A DNA stretch of 64,000 bases from Peribolospora baueri (taxonomy: Eukaryota), in assembly GCA_029717555.1 (NCBI GenBank), contig JAMDHS010000010.1:62001-126000 (forward strand), written 5' to 3'. This document shows, in pieces, positions 1 through 15,296 of this stretch. Below the pieces are notes generated by a model. It worked only from the letters and a program-made list of their open reading frames with translations, did no database searches and had not been told where the DNA came from. The position numbers were made by a program, and so were the translations under genes. The stretch's first letter is position 1. Every line of letters starts with the position of its first letter.

Positions 1-250
1 CGCTCCTGTGCCTGTGCCCGTGCCCGTCCCTGCTCGGCCGTCCGGGGGCTACGGCGGATACGCGCCTGGACCGGCGTCTGCGGCGGACGCGGGGAGGTAT
101 GGTCGAGGACCGCGTCCACCGTCGCCGCCGCCGCACCACCCGCACTTCGAGGACGTCTACGCTGGCCGGCCTCCGCCTCCGCCGGAGTACGCGGGCAGAC
201 GGGCGGCCGGGGGAGGGTATTATGGGCCGAGGAGGGATGGGTACGGCTAA
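1..250 (+). CDS. 3' end of a partial gene; Pro/Gly/Tyr/Arg-rich low-complexity C-terminus
   Basis: Frame is open from the window edge to TAA at 248-250 (…GGGYYGPRRDGYG*) and is followed by a GT-rich 3'UTR-like stretch; no domain recognisable. Confidence 0.55.
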   Translation, partial: APVPVPVPVPARPSGGYGGYAPGPASAADAGRYGRGPRPPSPPPHHPHFEDVYAGRPPPPPEYAGRRAAGGGYYGPRRDGYG

Positions 251-1278
251 CGGCTAAATTGGGTTTGTTTGTCTGTGCCTGTGTCTGTGTCTGTGCATGG
301 TGTGATCGGTCGAGGATTATTGCATGAGATTCTGCCAGTCCGAACCGAATCTTCTGTGTGTGTGTGTGTGTCTGTCTACTCGGCGTCCGAGTGGAGGTGG
401 AGGTGTAAGTGGAGCGGAAAGAGGAGGGCTAGCTACTGTAGTTAGGGCGAGCGAGTTAGGCCGTTGTGAGGACGGTGACGGCGGTGCTTGCGTAGTGCGC
501 GTGGGGCGTAACGGGGCGTGTTGATAGGGGGTGGATTAGAAATGCGAAGCGAAATCGGTGCGACTGGCTAGTTCCTTCTTTCCGCTCACACCGCACCGCA
601 CCGTGTCTCTCCTCTTATTATTATTGGCCTGTTATCGGCCACGGCGCCCAGGTTAGCTAGCTAGCTAGCGCCCGCTGATAGGAGCCGCTGCGGATGAGAC
701 GGACAAGGATGACGGATAGGTGGGGCTGAGGGAGGTGTGCGTTTGCTTATCGCCGCGCTCGTCCGCGCTGGCTCGCTGGCCTCCGGGTTCCCCGGCTGGC
801 TGGGCTGGCCCTCCGTGCGCTGCGTGCGTGCGTGCGTGCGGCCCGCTGGCCTGGCCTGGCCTTCGCTGGGCCTTCGCTGGGCCTCGCCTCGCCTCGCCTC
901 GCTCGCTCGCTCGCTCGCGACTGCGGCCTGCGCCCACCCGGCCGCCGCCATCCGCCCGCCCGCCTGCGCGCCCGTTCCGTGTGTCCGTGGTCGTGTTCGT
1001 AGTGGTGGGCCTGGCGCGGGCGGACGGACGGACCGGCTGAGGCTGAGGGTGAGGCTGAGCGTCGTCGCCGGTGTCGAATTGAATTGGCTGGCTTTGGCTG
1101 GCTGGCTGGTCTCCTCCGCCTTAAGTCGACCAACCGAGCGAGCGTCGATTGACTGACTCTCCGTCTGTCCATTCACTCGGTCGCCTCGGCTGCTGTCTGT
1201 CTGCGCGTGCTCGTTCCTTCCTTCCTCCTTCCGTCCGTGCTCGACCTCATCAGACGGACATCGGCGAGACGATACGGC

Positions 1279-1308
1279 GAAGACGAAGACGAAGACGAAG
1301 ACGAAGAC
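1279..1308. repeat. (GAAGAC)n microsatellite in an SSR-dense upstream region
   Basis: Five tandem GAAGAC units; (CTCGC)n, (TGCG)n and (CCACT)n tracts lie nearby between 820 and 1600. Confidence 0.9.
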
Positions 1309-1701
1309 GGAGCCGACCATCGACTACCATCGACCGACGACCATACCATACCATCTCTTCCCTCACACCCCGACTCGACCCGACGTCTCCTCGTCGCCTC
1401 GACTTGGCACAAGGCCACCTTGTCTTGCCTCGTCTCGCTCGCCTCCCCACCCGGCCTCCTCCCTTCTTCCACCACCACCGCCGCCTTCCACCGTCCCCTT
1501 TCTCTCCCGCCGCCCGCGACAAACGGATGGATGACGACTGCCTAGTCTGACCAGCCAGACCACACCACTCCACTCCACTCCACTCCACTCCATACACCAC
1601 CAACACCACACCGAGGCAGATCGAGCCAGCGCCGGCGCCAGCGCAAGCCCGAGTCCGACTGCCCGACTTCCGGCTCCCGAGTTCGAGTTCGAGTTCGAAG
1701 T

Positions 1702-4650
<2,949 letters not shown>

Positions 4651-5721
4651 CCCTCGGTCGTCGTCGTCCATACTTCTTCCTTTGGGGCGCGCCCCTCTCA
4701 CGACTCTTTTCTCCTTCTGCCGCCTTCGTCCCACCGCCATGTTTTCCCGAAAGGACGCTCCACACCCCTTGTCGACGCGCGCGCCCATTCTATTCATCTT
4801 CTTAGCTCCTTCCACCTTCCCGTTGGGCTTTTTCAGGACCTTCTTTCTTCGTTTTTCCTCCTTTTTTTTCATTCTTCGACCCTCATACTGTAACCCCATC
4901 CGTCCGTCCGTACCCGTTCGACACGACCCGATCCTCGTTCCCAAGGAAAAAACCGTTCGTTATCCCTTCTACTACGCCCATGTCCCTTCCTCTTGGCCTG
5001 GATCCACAAATTCTCTTTTTTTTTGTCCGTCTCGTTCCCATTCCGTTCCCTCTCATACCTTCCTTCCCACCTAAGTTGTCTACCTCGGGACCTCGTGTCC
5101 GTCATTCTAAAATTAAATGCACTCCTTCACCTTGTGTCCGTCCGTACGTCCTTGCTCGATCCGATGGCTCGGCTGCGTCCTTGCTTGTGCCTTGCCTTGG
5201 CTTCGGGCCCGCGGCTTCCCTTTGGCTGATTTGGCTGATATTTGGGGGCTGCGGCGATCGTTCTATCGGTCCGTCCGTCCGTCCGTCGGTTCGTCGGTTC
5301 GTCGGCGTGAGCGCACGCAAATGAATATGTTATTCTTAGAGTCAGTCGTTGTCGTTGTCGTTGTCGTTCCCCCGGATCCATCTATCCATCTATCCCATCG
5401 AGAAACTTGGAGGCTTTTTTTTTTCGTTCGCTTGGTTTATTCGTTCGTTTGCGCTCTTCCGTCACTTCTCCCCTCCCTCACTTTGCTCATTCATTTACGC
5501 TCTTCCCTCACTTCACTCATTCTTTCACGCTCCTCCCTCACTTTTCTCATTCATTCTCACTGTGACGCGGCCGGTCATCAGTGATGGGATCGCAGGTAGG
5601 GTAAGGTAGGTACGCAGGATACCAACAACCCACTTCTCACCACCGGTTTCGTCGCACCAACTAGCCACCCTGCCAACCAGCCTGCTTGCCGTCCGTCCGT
5701 CCGTAGCCGACATCGATATCG

Positions 5722-7960
5722 ATGGCCAGCCCTTCGCACGACCACTCGGCGGCCGCGAAGAGGGACGCTGGGCCTGGTGATGGATATGGACGGCCGAGGC
5801 CGGTCGTAGCTCCCATCGACACGTCTCGCCCCAGCGACGCCAAACGGGGCGCCGACGTCGCGGGAGACAGGAGGGCCGTCTCGAGCGACAGCTCGCCCCA
5901 CCTCACTTTGAGCAATCTCACCCCTACCTCCTCGGCGCGCTTCTCGCATCATCAGCTCGCCTTGCGCGCTGCGTCTCGTGGGAATGCACATGAGTATGGT
6001 TTTCTGGATGAGGAGGGGGAGGGGGAGGACGGCGATGGCGATGACGATGACGATGGCCACCACCATGGCGGTGACCATGGCGTCGACGAGGAGGAGGAGG
6101 AAGATGAGAGGCTGTTGGCCGAGACGGGCACCCGCTCGCGAGGCGCCCTCGGTTTGAGCCTGGGTTCGCGTTCGCATTCCCGTCCTCGTTCCCGTTCCCG
6201 TTCCCGTCGTCGTCCAACATCGCCGCCCTCTTCACGAAGACCGCGAGGTGCCGGCGGGACGACGTTCTGCTCTTCCCTCTGGGTCTCCCTCCTCGCGCCG
6301 CGCGCGACCATCGTCCACTCGCTCCGCCACGCCGACGACGCCTTCCGCGATCCGACGACCGGCCGGAGGGTGTACAAGCCCCGGTGGCTCGACGCTTGGA
6401 TCCCCATCCTCATTTGGGCCGGCGTCAGCTTGACGAGCACCGCCGTCATCGTCCTCTTTCACGATCAGGTCTTCCGAGGCGAGTCCTCCCCCTCCGTCGT
6501 CGTTCGTCGACTCGCCTTCGGGGCGCCTACATGGATGTGTGGTCGACTGAACCCGCTTCTTCCTCACCGCACAGGACTCGACCGTCTCTCAGCCGAGCTA
6601 CGCTCGTACGGTTTCGGCGGACGGGGCATCATGTGGTCCCTCATCTTCATCACCACCTTCCCGCCCTTGCCCCTCTACTCCACCTTGATCGTCCTCTCCG
6701 GCTTCTCCTTCGGCTGGCTCCAAGGCTTCCTCGTTTCATACACTGCTGCCCTCACCGTGAGCTCGCTCGCCCGCCCGTGTCTCAGACCGCCTCGGCCGCG
6801 TAATCGAACCCGCCTTTTTCTTGCCTTTTCAGGGCGCCATCGTCGTCTTTCTCTTGTCCCGCTTCATCTTCAGGGAGAAGATGAATTCGCTCTTGGCCGC
6901 TTCCGACGGTCTCCGCAAAGTCGTGAGGGCGATCGAGAAGAAGCCGAGCCTTCTCTTTCTCATCCGCCTAGCACCATAGTGGGTTCCGTTCGTTCGTTCG
7001 CTCAGGCACCGCCCGCTCTTCATGATCGCCAAGTCATCCATCCTCCGAGCCGTCGTCTGATCCTCCTCACTTTCCTCCTCGCTCGCCCGAAAGCCCTTAC
7101 AACTTGATGAACACCCTTCTGGCCAGCTCTCGCACTTTGTCTCTCAAGGTCAGGGCCCCAGCTAGCCGACACCCGTTCGTTCGTTCTCCTTGCTCACATA
7201 CATCCGACGTTTCCTCTCGCAGGTATATACCCTTTGCACCGCTCTCGCCCTCCCCAAGTTGCTCGTCCATTGCGGTTTAGGAGCGACGATCAAGGTTCGT
7301 CGACGTGGTCTTAGTGACTAAACTCGATCCGCGAGCCTTCCTCCGACGCGTACGAATCGTCTGTCCATCTTCTTCCTTTGGTCGCGCCTCCAGAACTTTG
7401 CCGCCTATCACGCCAACAAGGAACCCGCCGGCTCGTCCAATACGACGACGACGCCAGTCGATGGTCAACCGGTCGCCGCGTCGTCGACGCGGAATCACAC
7501 GATGCAGGTCGTCAAAGAGGTGGCCACCATCATCGGCGTCGCGCTCTGCGTGGCCATCTTCCTCTACCTGCTCTACGTCGCCCGCAGGGCGGTGGACGAA
7601 TTGGACGACGAGCAGCTGCACCCGCAGTCGCAGCCGTATTCGCCGGACGCGATGCACCACCACCCTCGGACAGAGGAAGGGCGGGCTGGGTATGCGCGCT
7701 TGGGCGAGCGAGCGGACGACGACGGCGAGACGATCGCGGTCAAGCGTGGTGGCGATGGCGGCCGTGGTAGCGTCACCTCGGATCGAGCCGGTAGGAACGG
7801 GGACGGCGGCAGTATGGGACATCGGAGGAGCGGCTCGACGGGCTGGGCTGGCGGCAGAGTCACGTCGTCATCGTCGTCGTCGTCGTCGTCGTCGCCGCCC
7901 CCTTCCTCTTACCCTCCTTTCGCGCCTGACGATGGCGAGGAGATTAAAAAGGAGGGGTGA
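5722..7960 (+). CDS. TVP38: TVP38/TMEM64 family (VTT/DedA, SNARE-associated Golgi) membrane protein
   Basis: Exons give FITTFPPLPLYSTLIVLSGFSFG, LIRLAPYPYNLMNTLLA, TALALPKLLVHCGLG and a C-terminal TM helix; stop at 7958-7960. Confidence 0.8.
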
Positions 7961-8560
7961 TCAGTGTCTTCCTGTTTGGGGAATGTAATTCGTATCCTTT
8001 GCACGAGAACATCAGCCAGCGCGGTGACGAGCGGGTGCTCGATCGCCGGTATGTGGGTATGTATGTATGTATGTATGTCGGGTCTGCCTGGAACATTTGG
8101 GACTCTTATTACGATCGATCGCGTCGCCCACCGATCGAGCGCTCGGACCAGGGAAGGAACGGAGGAGGAGGGCGCACGTGGCGGCGAGAAGGCGAGCTGC
8201 GGCGGGTATTGCGTGATTCGGAGTTAGGATTGCTTCATTGCCGCCGGTCAAGTCGGTTTCGTCCTTTCCTCGTCCGACTCATCCGATCACTTTCCTTTCC
8301 TTCTATGCCCATCGACGATGAGTTCACAAGTCGCAAGCGCCTCTCCCGTCTCTCTCGTCGTCCATGTGGGGAGGGAAGGCGGATGGCGTGGAAAGGGGCT
8401 GATAGCGCGCTAGTTAGAAAGCTGCCAGAGTGTGTGATGCAGGCGACCGATGACGGGAAAGCACGTAACCCACGTCCCGTTGACCCGACGAACCTGACGG
8501 AAGGAAAAAGAAAAGAAGATCGAGTGGCCCAACGTCTTCGTCGGCGTCCGACGACCGACG

Positions 8561-8568
8561 TATATAAG
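8561..8568 (+). promoter_or_regulatory. Probable TATA box of the peroxiredoxin gene
   Basis: TATATAAG about 135 nt upstream of the ATG at 8697, followed by a CT-rich leader. Confidence 0.55.
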
Positions 8569-8696
8569 ACTCGGCTTAGACACGCCCGGCCCACGGTCGC
8601 ACTCTCGCCCTCCCTTTTCCTTCGTCCACCGCTCTCGTCTCCCTCCCTCCCTCGTTGTCGTCGTCGTCTCCTCGAGCACCACCACCCTTCTCCAAA

Positions 8697-10050
8697 ATGC
8701 CGTCTCTCCGCCTCGGTAACATCGCCCCCAACGTGAGTCGCTCTCGGCAGACCGCCTCTCCTACCTAGTTTCTCCGTCCGTTCAAGCGTGCGATGGCGGC
8801 CCTCTCTGACTCGTCTTCGTCTCATCCGCATCGCATCGTGTCGTGTCGTCTCGCATCCTACCTTCTCTGCCGCTCTCAGTTCACCGCTGAGACCACTCAC
8901 GGTAAGATCGACTTCCACGAGTGGCTCGGTAACTCGTGGGGCGTCCTCTTCAGCCACCCCGCCGACTTCACCCCCGTCTGCACCACCGAGCTCGGCGAGG
9001 TCGCGCGCCGCAAGGCCGACTTTGAGAAGAGGAACGTCAAGGTCATCGGTGAGTGCCTTTTTTTTTTGTATCGCCTTGCGAGTTCGATTTCGTCTTCCGA
9101 TCCGACCGCACCGCCGGACATGGCGTTCCATTGGTCGCGGTGTCAGAACGTACGACCTGAGAAGGAGGACCATCTGAACCTTAACGTTCGCCTGCCATTT
9201 TTCCTCCGTCTCCTGCGCGCTCCAGGCCTCTCTGCCAATGACCTCGCCTCCCACGAGAAGTGGGCTCAGGACATCTCGGAGGTCTCGGGCAACACGGTCA
9301 ACTTCCCCATCATCGCCGACGACGACCGCAAGGTCTCCACTCTTTACGACATGCTCGACGCTTTGGGTGAGTTTTTTGGTCTGGATGGAGCGACGAGCTT
9401 GAAAGAAAAAAATTGGGTGGCCTCGGAAGAGGTTCTGACGGTCCAAGTTTGCTTCCTCGCATGCGTTCGCAGATCCCACCAACGTCGACGCCAAGGGCAT
9501 TCCCTTCACCGTCCGCACTGTCTTCGTCGTGGACCCTAAGAAGGTCATCCGCCTCACCCTCTCCTACCCTGCCTCCACCGGCCGCCAGTTCGACGAGATC
9601 ATCCGAGTGATCGACTCGCTCCAGGTTGGCGACAAGTACAAGGTGTAAGTGTTCGCCTCGCTCCCGGCTGTTCCATTCCATTTTTTTTCCCGTGAGCGAC
9701 CGCATGAGCGCATTCGACTACAGGCTAACTTCATCGCACCGACCGTCCCATCGCTCTCCTTTCCTTGTTCTCCTATGCAGTACCACCCCCGTCAACTGGA
9801 AGCCCGGCCAGGACGTCATCGTTCACCCGTACGTTCACGTTTTTTTGTCTCCTTCAGTATTCCGATGAGACCCGACCCGCGACGCCTCTCCGTGGCATGC
9901 ACGCTGACGCTCATCTCCTGTTTTCCTTGAAACACCTTGACGTTGTGTTGTAGTACCGTCCAGGGCGACGAGCTCAAGTCCCTCTTCCCCAACGCCCGCA
10001 TCGTCAAGCCGTACCTTCGCTTCACCAGCGACCCCACTGCCCAGGCTTAA
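8697..10050 (+). CDS. PRX1: 1-Cys peroxiredoxin (Prx6/PRX1 family)
   Basis: Six exons: MPSLRLGNIAPN|F…FSHPADFTPVCTTELG…FPIIADDDRKV…TVRTVFVVDP…SYPASTGRQFDEIIRVIDSLQ…TPVNWKPG; PVCTTE is the 1-Cys active-site motif; no N-terminal presequence; TAA at 10048-10050. Confidence 0.95.
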
Positions 10051-11296
10051 TCGCTGTGCCTCAGCATGTGCATTCGCATCGACTCGCTCGTCGTTCGGTC
10101 ACGGCTCCTGGGGAAGGATTGGGTTTGAGAAGCGCGAAGGGTGGTGGTGGAGTTGACGCCTTCAGACCTCTGTCGGTCCCGTCCGTCCGTGGGAATGTAT
10201 TCTTAAATCTCACCTCGGTTTTTCTTTCTCTCTGACGAAATTCATCCACTGACGAATCCACCTAGGGCCATTCACACGTTCGTGGGTGCATATGCATGTT
10301 TACGTCCCCTTCCTTCGTGATCGGTCGTGGAAAACTGGCATGGCATGGCATGGCTTTGGCCTGGCATGGCTGCCACCGCGTGAGTGGGCTTTACGAAGGA
10401 TCGTCGATCCCCTGAGCACCAAATCTGCCAGACCCCTCCATCCATACCGCCCCATTTGAAAGCTTCTGCAAGCCCGAGTTGGTGGCAAATGTGCCTTCTC
10501 CCCCCGCTGCTGACACATAAACGGTCTCGGATGCCTCTCCCGCCGCGAGGATGTCTATCTATGTCTGGCCCAATGTCGCTCAACCTCACCGTCTGTTGGC
10601 TTGTAGTCAGACCGCTCCCGGTTACATAATCAGGTCCGACTCCAAATCAGGGGACTGTTCGTTAGACGCCCTGGTGGTGAAAAAAGGAAGGAAAAAAAAA
10701 TCCGACGAAGCGAGGGCCGTTCGGTAAATCGTTTCCTCTACAGCGCCAGGGTAAATCGCGTATTCCGCCCGAATCTCCTTCCATGAATACCGTGACGGGA
10801 CGTCAATCCTGAATCGAAAGTCGACAGCTTAGATGGCCGAGCGACCCGATGGTACACGTTCCGCTTCGACAATGCCGTCCGTTCTGGTTGTTCAAGTGTT
10901 CATCCATATGCCTGACTGCTCAGCGGACGGGCAGACCGCGAGTGGGAGAGATATGCAGAGAGAATGAAAAGCATCGGGCACGTCTATAGTGGAGGTGACC
11001 TGCCAGGATATGGCCATCAGGACTTGGAACCACTGTATGTTATGCTGCTCAGGGAAGCTTTGGTTCACACGCATCGATTCTATGTAGGGTCGACAAGACC
11101 GCACGGACAGACCCGGGTCGCAAGGACAGGCCTCGTTTAGGGATACAGTACAGATATAAGAGGGAGAGGATGTCACAGGGAATGGGTATAAACAAGGCTC
11201 CGACATGGGTGGGGCACGCGACAAGAAGAGAAGACGCCCTAGGGACGTTCCGTTCCGATTTGGCGGGGGGGAAGAAAAAAATGGAAACGGCGAAGA

Positions 11297-14200
11297 TCAA
11301 CCTCTGGCGGATGCGAATGTCGTCGATTCTCTGCGGCGGACTGGGGAAGAGAAAATAGGACGGTTTAGTTTGGTGGATGTAAAGGAGAGAACGCTCGCAG
11401 AAACCTCCGTCCGAAGCTGGTTCAGTTGCTCACGAGATCGTAGACGCTGATCGCGACACAGGCGCAAGTGCAAGGGAGAAATGACGGCAGTGAGGAAGCT
11501 GCATCTTGCACAAAAAACTGCGGCAAAGCACGACTCGCTCACCGATTCAATCGAAAACACGACTGTAGTTTTGGCATGACCGTTCGGATCGGATCGGGAA
11601 AACCGGGAGCGTTAGCGTTTATCAGAGAAGCGGAACGACAAATGTAAGACGAGGAGAGAAGCCGTCTGTTGCGACTCACATTTCTCGATGGTCACCCTAT
11701 CGTCGTCTTCCAGCTCTGAAGGGTTTGCGTCTCCGCCGTTGTCAAGGATGGCCCTGAGCAGGGACAACGCAGTCTCGTACGCCGCCCTTGAGCCCTCAGG
11801 GTCTTCGCCTACTAATTCGTTGACCGCCGCTCCGCGAGACTGAGCCGGAGCATGCCGAGCGATCACGGTCATCTGCGTAAGCATAGCGGAGAGACAAGAC
11901 CTGAGCGGAAAGCGCATGTCTACTCACGATCTCCAAAGCCTTCGACACGAACGGAAGATAGGAGCGAAGCTTTCGGTGAGTTCCAGATCTCTCCCCACAT
12001 GCGGCTGTGCACACCAAGTGAGCATAACTGCCAAACACGGCCACCTACCTTGTGATAGATCAGCGCGTCCACTTGTTGAGCAGAGTCCGGAATCACGTCT
12101 CCGCATCGAGAGCGAGCGGTCTGAGCCTTTTCGAAGTACTCTGCGAACCCGCTGCGAACCGATCGCATCGCTGTGGGGAAGGGCGAACATGGGAGGATGT
12201 GTGGCGGATCGTTACAGGAAGTCAGACGGTCAAACGAGGCCATGAGTCTGCATCAGAGCATCCAGGACGAGTGACTAAGTAATCCGTCCCAGAAACTCAC
12301 CATTGCTCAAACGCGCACCAGCCGCCTTCTCAGACAAGACGTTCAAAATTTCCGTAATACGATCCAGTCCCTTCTGTAAGATCGACAATGCCTTCACGTA
12401 GAGTACTAACGCTTCGGCCGTCGCAACATCATCGCTGCGAATCCCAGTGGGCGGGGCTGATGGGGACTCTGGGGAGACGGAGAACACTCGGCGGTAAGGC
12501 GACCCTGATCCTGCTCTGGCGTAGGCCGTTTGCTGACCGGCAGAAAGTGGCATTGCTGCCGGAGAGGGATAAGGATTTCCAGCAGGCATTCTTGAGTGCG
12601 CAAACTCGGCAATGGCGTACGCCTTGCGTGCGATGTCTTCAAGTGCCGCCGCAAGCTCATCCTATCGTAAATCGGCGCACGGGAGCGGCATTCAGGCTCT
12701 ATTTCGTCCATTCACATGAATCAGATATTGAAATAGCGAAAAACACGCACCTCTGCTATGTCGCGCTTGCTTGGAGTCATCGGTGCCGCACTATGATGTC
12801 TCGTCTGAGCTCGCACAAAAGCGGCGGCTGCGCCTAGTGACATACCGCTCAAGAAGGAAGTTCGTTTGGATGAGGAAGGTTTTTCTGGATGATAAGCGCA
12901 AAAGGGGATATCTTCATTTAAAATGGATTTCCTGACCAGCACGATTCTCAGCGAGCCATTTCCTGACGGGCTTTAACCTCACCGTCAACTAAAGCATTGG
13001 CGTCGATATTGCGTTTCTCAACCACCACGTACTCCTTGCCCAGGACCGAGTCCTCCCCCGACACGCTGTTGCTTCCAGGAACGTTGTTGTTGCCAAGACC
13101 AATACCGGAACCAGGAGGGTTGCCAGATTGAGCAGCCAGTCGGGCCAGGTTTGACATAGCGGGAGGGGCTGTGCGAGGGGTCGCACCGCTGGAAACGTCA
13201 ACAAGTAGAGCGGCAAGATGAGCATAGTCTGCCCGACGGCAGTTGAAACTAGCACATGCCTAAATGAGGACTTTAATCCTCACTCAGTGGAAACCGCCGA
13301 GTCTGATCTTCCGGAAATGGGAGACTCAGTCTTACGGCTGGAAGGTGCCTGCTGCCTCAGCTGTACAGTCGCAGCTGAAGTACGAGCTGCTCCGCCAACT
13401 ACATATTTTGGCACGAAGCTGGCTTGTCGGCTCGTCAGAGCTACCCGGGGGCCGTTCGTGCGTTCTTCCGCGCTGCCTCTCTCCGCAGCCGTCGTAACAT
13501 ACTTCTGCTGCTGTTCCTGGTTGCGTGGTGCCTGACGCCTCTCTGCTCCTGTCGAGACGTAATCCCGAGGGACCTGCGTCGCTGATGCTGATCGTGGTTG
13601 TTCAGGGTCCGCGCCGTTAGACGACGGCGTCGCCTCCTCGCCCTCCAGGTGCTCACTAGATTCAGGGCGGGGACTGGGAGAGAGGGGAATGGAGGCAGGT
13701 ACCGATGGCTCTGACCTAGAAATCTGTCTCTGAGCGTGATTAGATGCCAGGACAGGACTGGCGAAGAAGTCGTCGAAGCTCATTCGCTCCACCGGATTGC
13801 GCTTGAGAAGCTGTCGGACAAGGTCCTTCAGGTCGTTCGCCACTCTATACGGTTCCTTCCCATCGCCCGGATCGGGTCTATGCGTGCGCTCGTCCGGGAA
13901 CTTGATCCGATCCTCCCCCTTCTCGATCCTCCGCAGCAGCTCCACATGGTTCTGTGCGCGGAAGGGCGGCTTTCCGACGCACATCTCGTAGAGTACTGCG
14001 CCCACAGACCAGAGGTCAGCCTTTGCGTCATACTTTTCATAGCGAAGGATCTCGGGAGCCATGTAGAGCCTGAATAAGAAGGACGGAAATGCGTTTAAGC
14101 TCTGGGTCTACGTCAGACGGAGAACACCATAGGAAAACTCACGGCGAGCCGCATAATGTTTCCGCAAGGCTCGCCGCTGGAAGCGAGCGCGCAAAACCAA

Positions 14201-15136
14201 AGTCGGCAACCTTGAGAAGAGGGATACCTTGTGGATGACCACGTTGCAGCGCGGATGCGTCTGGCGGTTGGAGCAACAGGTTCTACAGGCATCAAGGAAT
14301 GTCAATGCTCGTCCCGCCTCTTGCCCCGAACCGTGGAAACTCGCGATACTCACCTGTGGCTTGATATCGCGATGTATCAAGTTCTGTGAACGCAAGAACT
14401 TGAGTGCTTCCGCCAATTGGCTTAGAAAACACTTAACCACAGCCTCGTTAAGACCACCCTCTTTGGGATGAGGATAGAGTGTCTCGTGAGCTTTGTCGAC
14501 CAAGTCCAACGCAGGTACGCGGCCTCGCCTCTTGATGTATCCGGAGAGGTCACCCGCTGAGCAGTAGGCCCTGTTGAGGGAGATAGCATGTCAGGGAGCC
14601 ATCAAGATTATTCGGCCTGCCGCCCTCGAGTGTCCAAAGCACCACTCACATCACGAGGTAGATGTGGCTGGACGTTTTCTGAGCAGATATGAGTGCCAAA
14701 AACATCAGAAAACCGTAAATATCCGCGCAGGAACAACACGTTCGCCCTGCTCTACTCACGCAACAGTCCTTGAGCTCGACGATGTTCGGGTGACTGATGG
14801 CCTTCAGGATGGCGACCTCGGCTTCCAAGTTGGCGAGCAGCTTAGCGGTGAGCTTGGAACGAATAACGGATTTGATCGCAAGCGGTTCTCGCGGTCCCTA
14901 CATGTGTAGATGATGGCCGGGCGAGAGAGCACGGTCAAGCAGTGAGAGAAGGTGATGGCGAATCGCACGCACTAGGCGATGCTCACAATTCGATATCCTT
15001 TGTACACCGTGGCGAAACTGCCCCGCCCGATCTCCCTGCCCATGATGTACGGAAACTCTCCAATGCGCACCTCCCCGTTGCCCTCCTCACCGCGCGATGA
15101 GGAGGCTGCGCCGTCGTTTGGAGCGTCTGCCGGCAT
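11297..15136 (-). CDS. ATG1: Autophagy Ser/Thr kinase Atg1/ULK
   Basis: [61 protein letters not shown], and a C-terminal MIT-like region ([11 protein letters not shown]…[13 protein letters not shown]…SIESRLRSLRRR). Multi-exon; ATG at 15136, TGA at 11297-11299. Confidence 0.93.
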
Positions 15137-15296
15137 GGTGGTCAAGGTGATGAACACTCTCAGAGGTCCATGTGACGCTCAACACGCGGTTATCTGCCTC
15201 CGGGCGTGACCTTGCCGCAGTCCACTTGCTCGATCGAGGGACGCAACGACTTCTCAAGATTGATTTCGTAGACTACGACGGTACGGCGAGCGCACC

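Noticed and set aside
250..1700. Many overlapping ORFs on both strands (also at 24550-26000, 56600-59100 and 62200-64000)
   Set aside because: They are translations of microsatellites and GC-rich UTR or promoter DNA, with no domains or coherent splice structure.
8235..9557. 440-aa minus-strand ORF and similar long antisense ORFs (25955-26980, 59985-61067)
   Set aside because: Antisense shadows of real genes with strong C/G third-position bias.
10690..10880. Possible Pol III ncRNA (SRP-like) on the minus strand ending in a T run
   Set aside because: Only a 7-bp terminal inverted repeat; no SRP helix-8, tRNA, 5S or snRNA motifs found.
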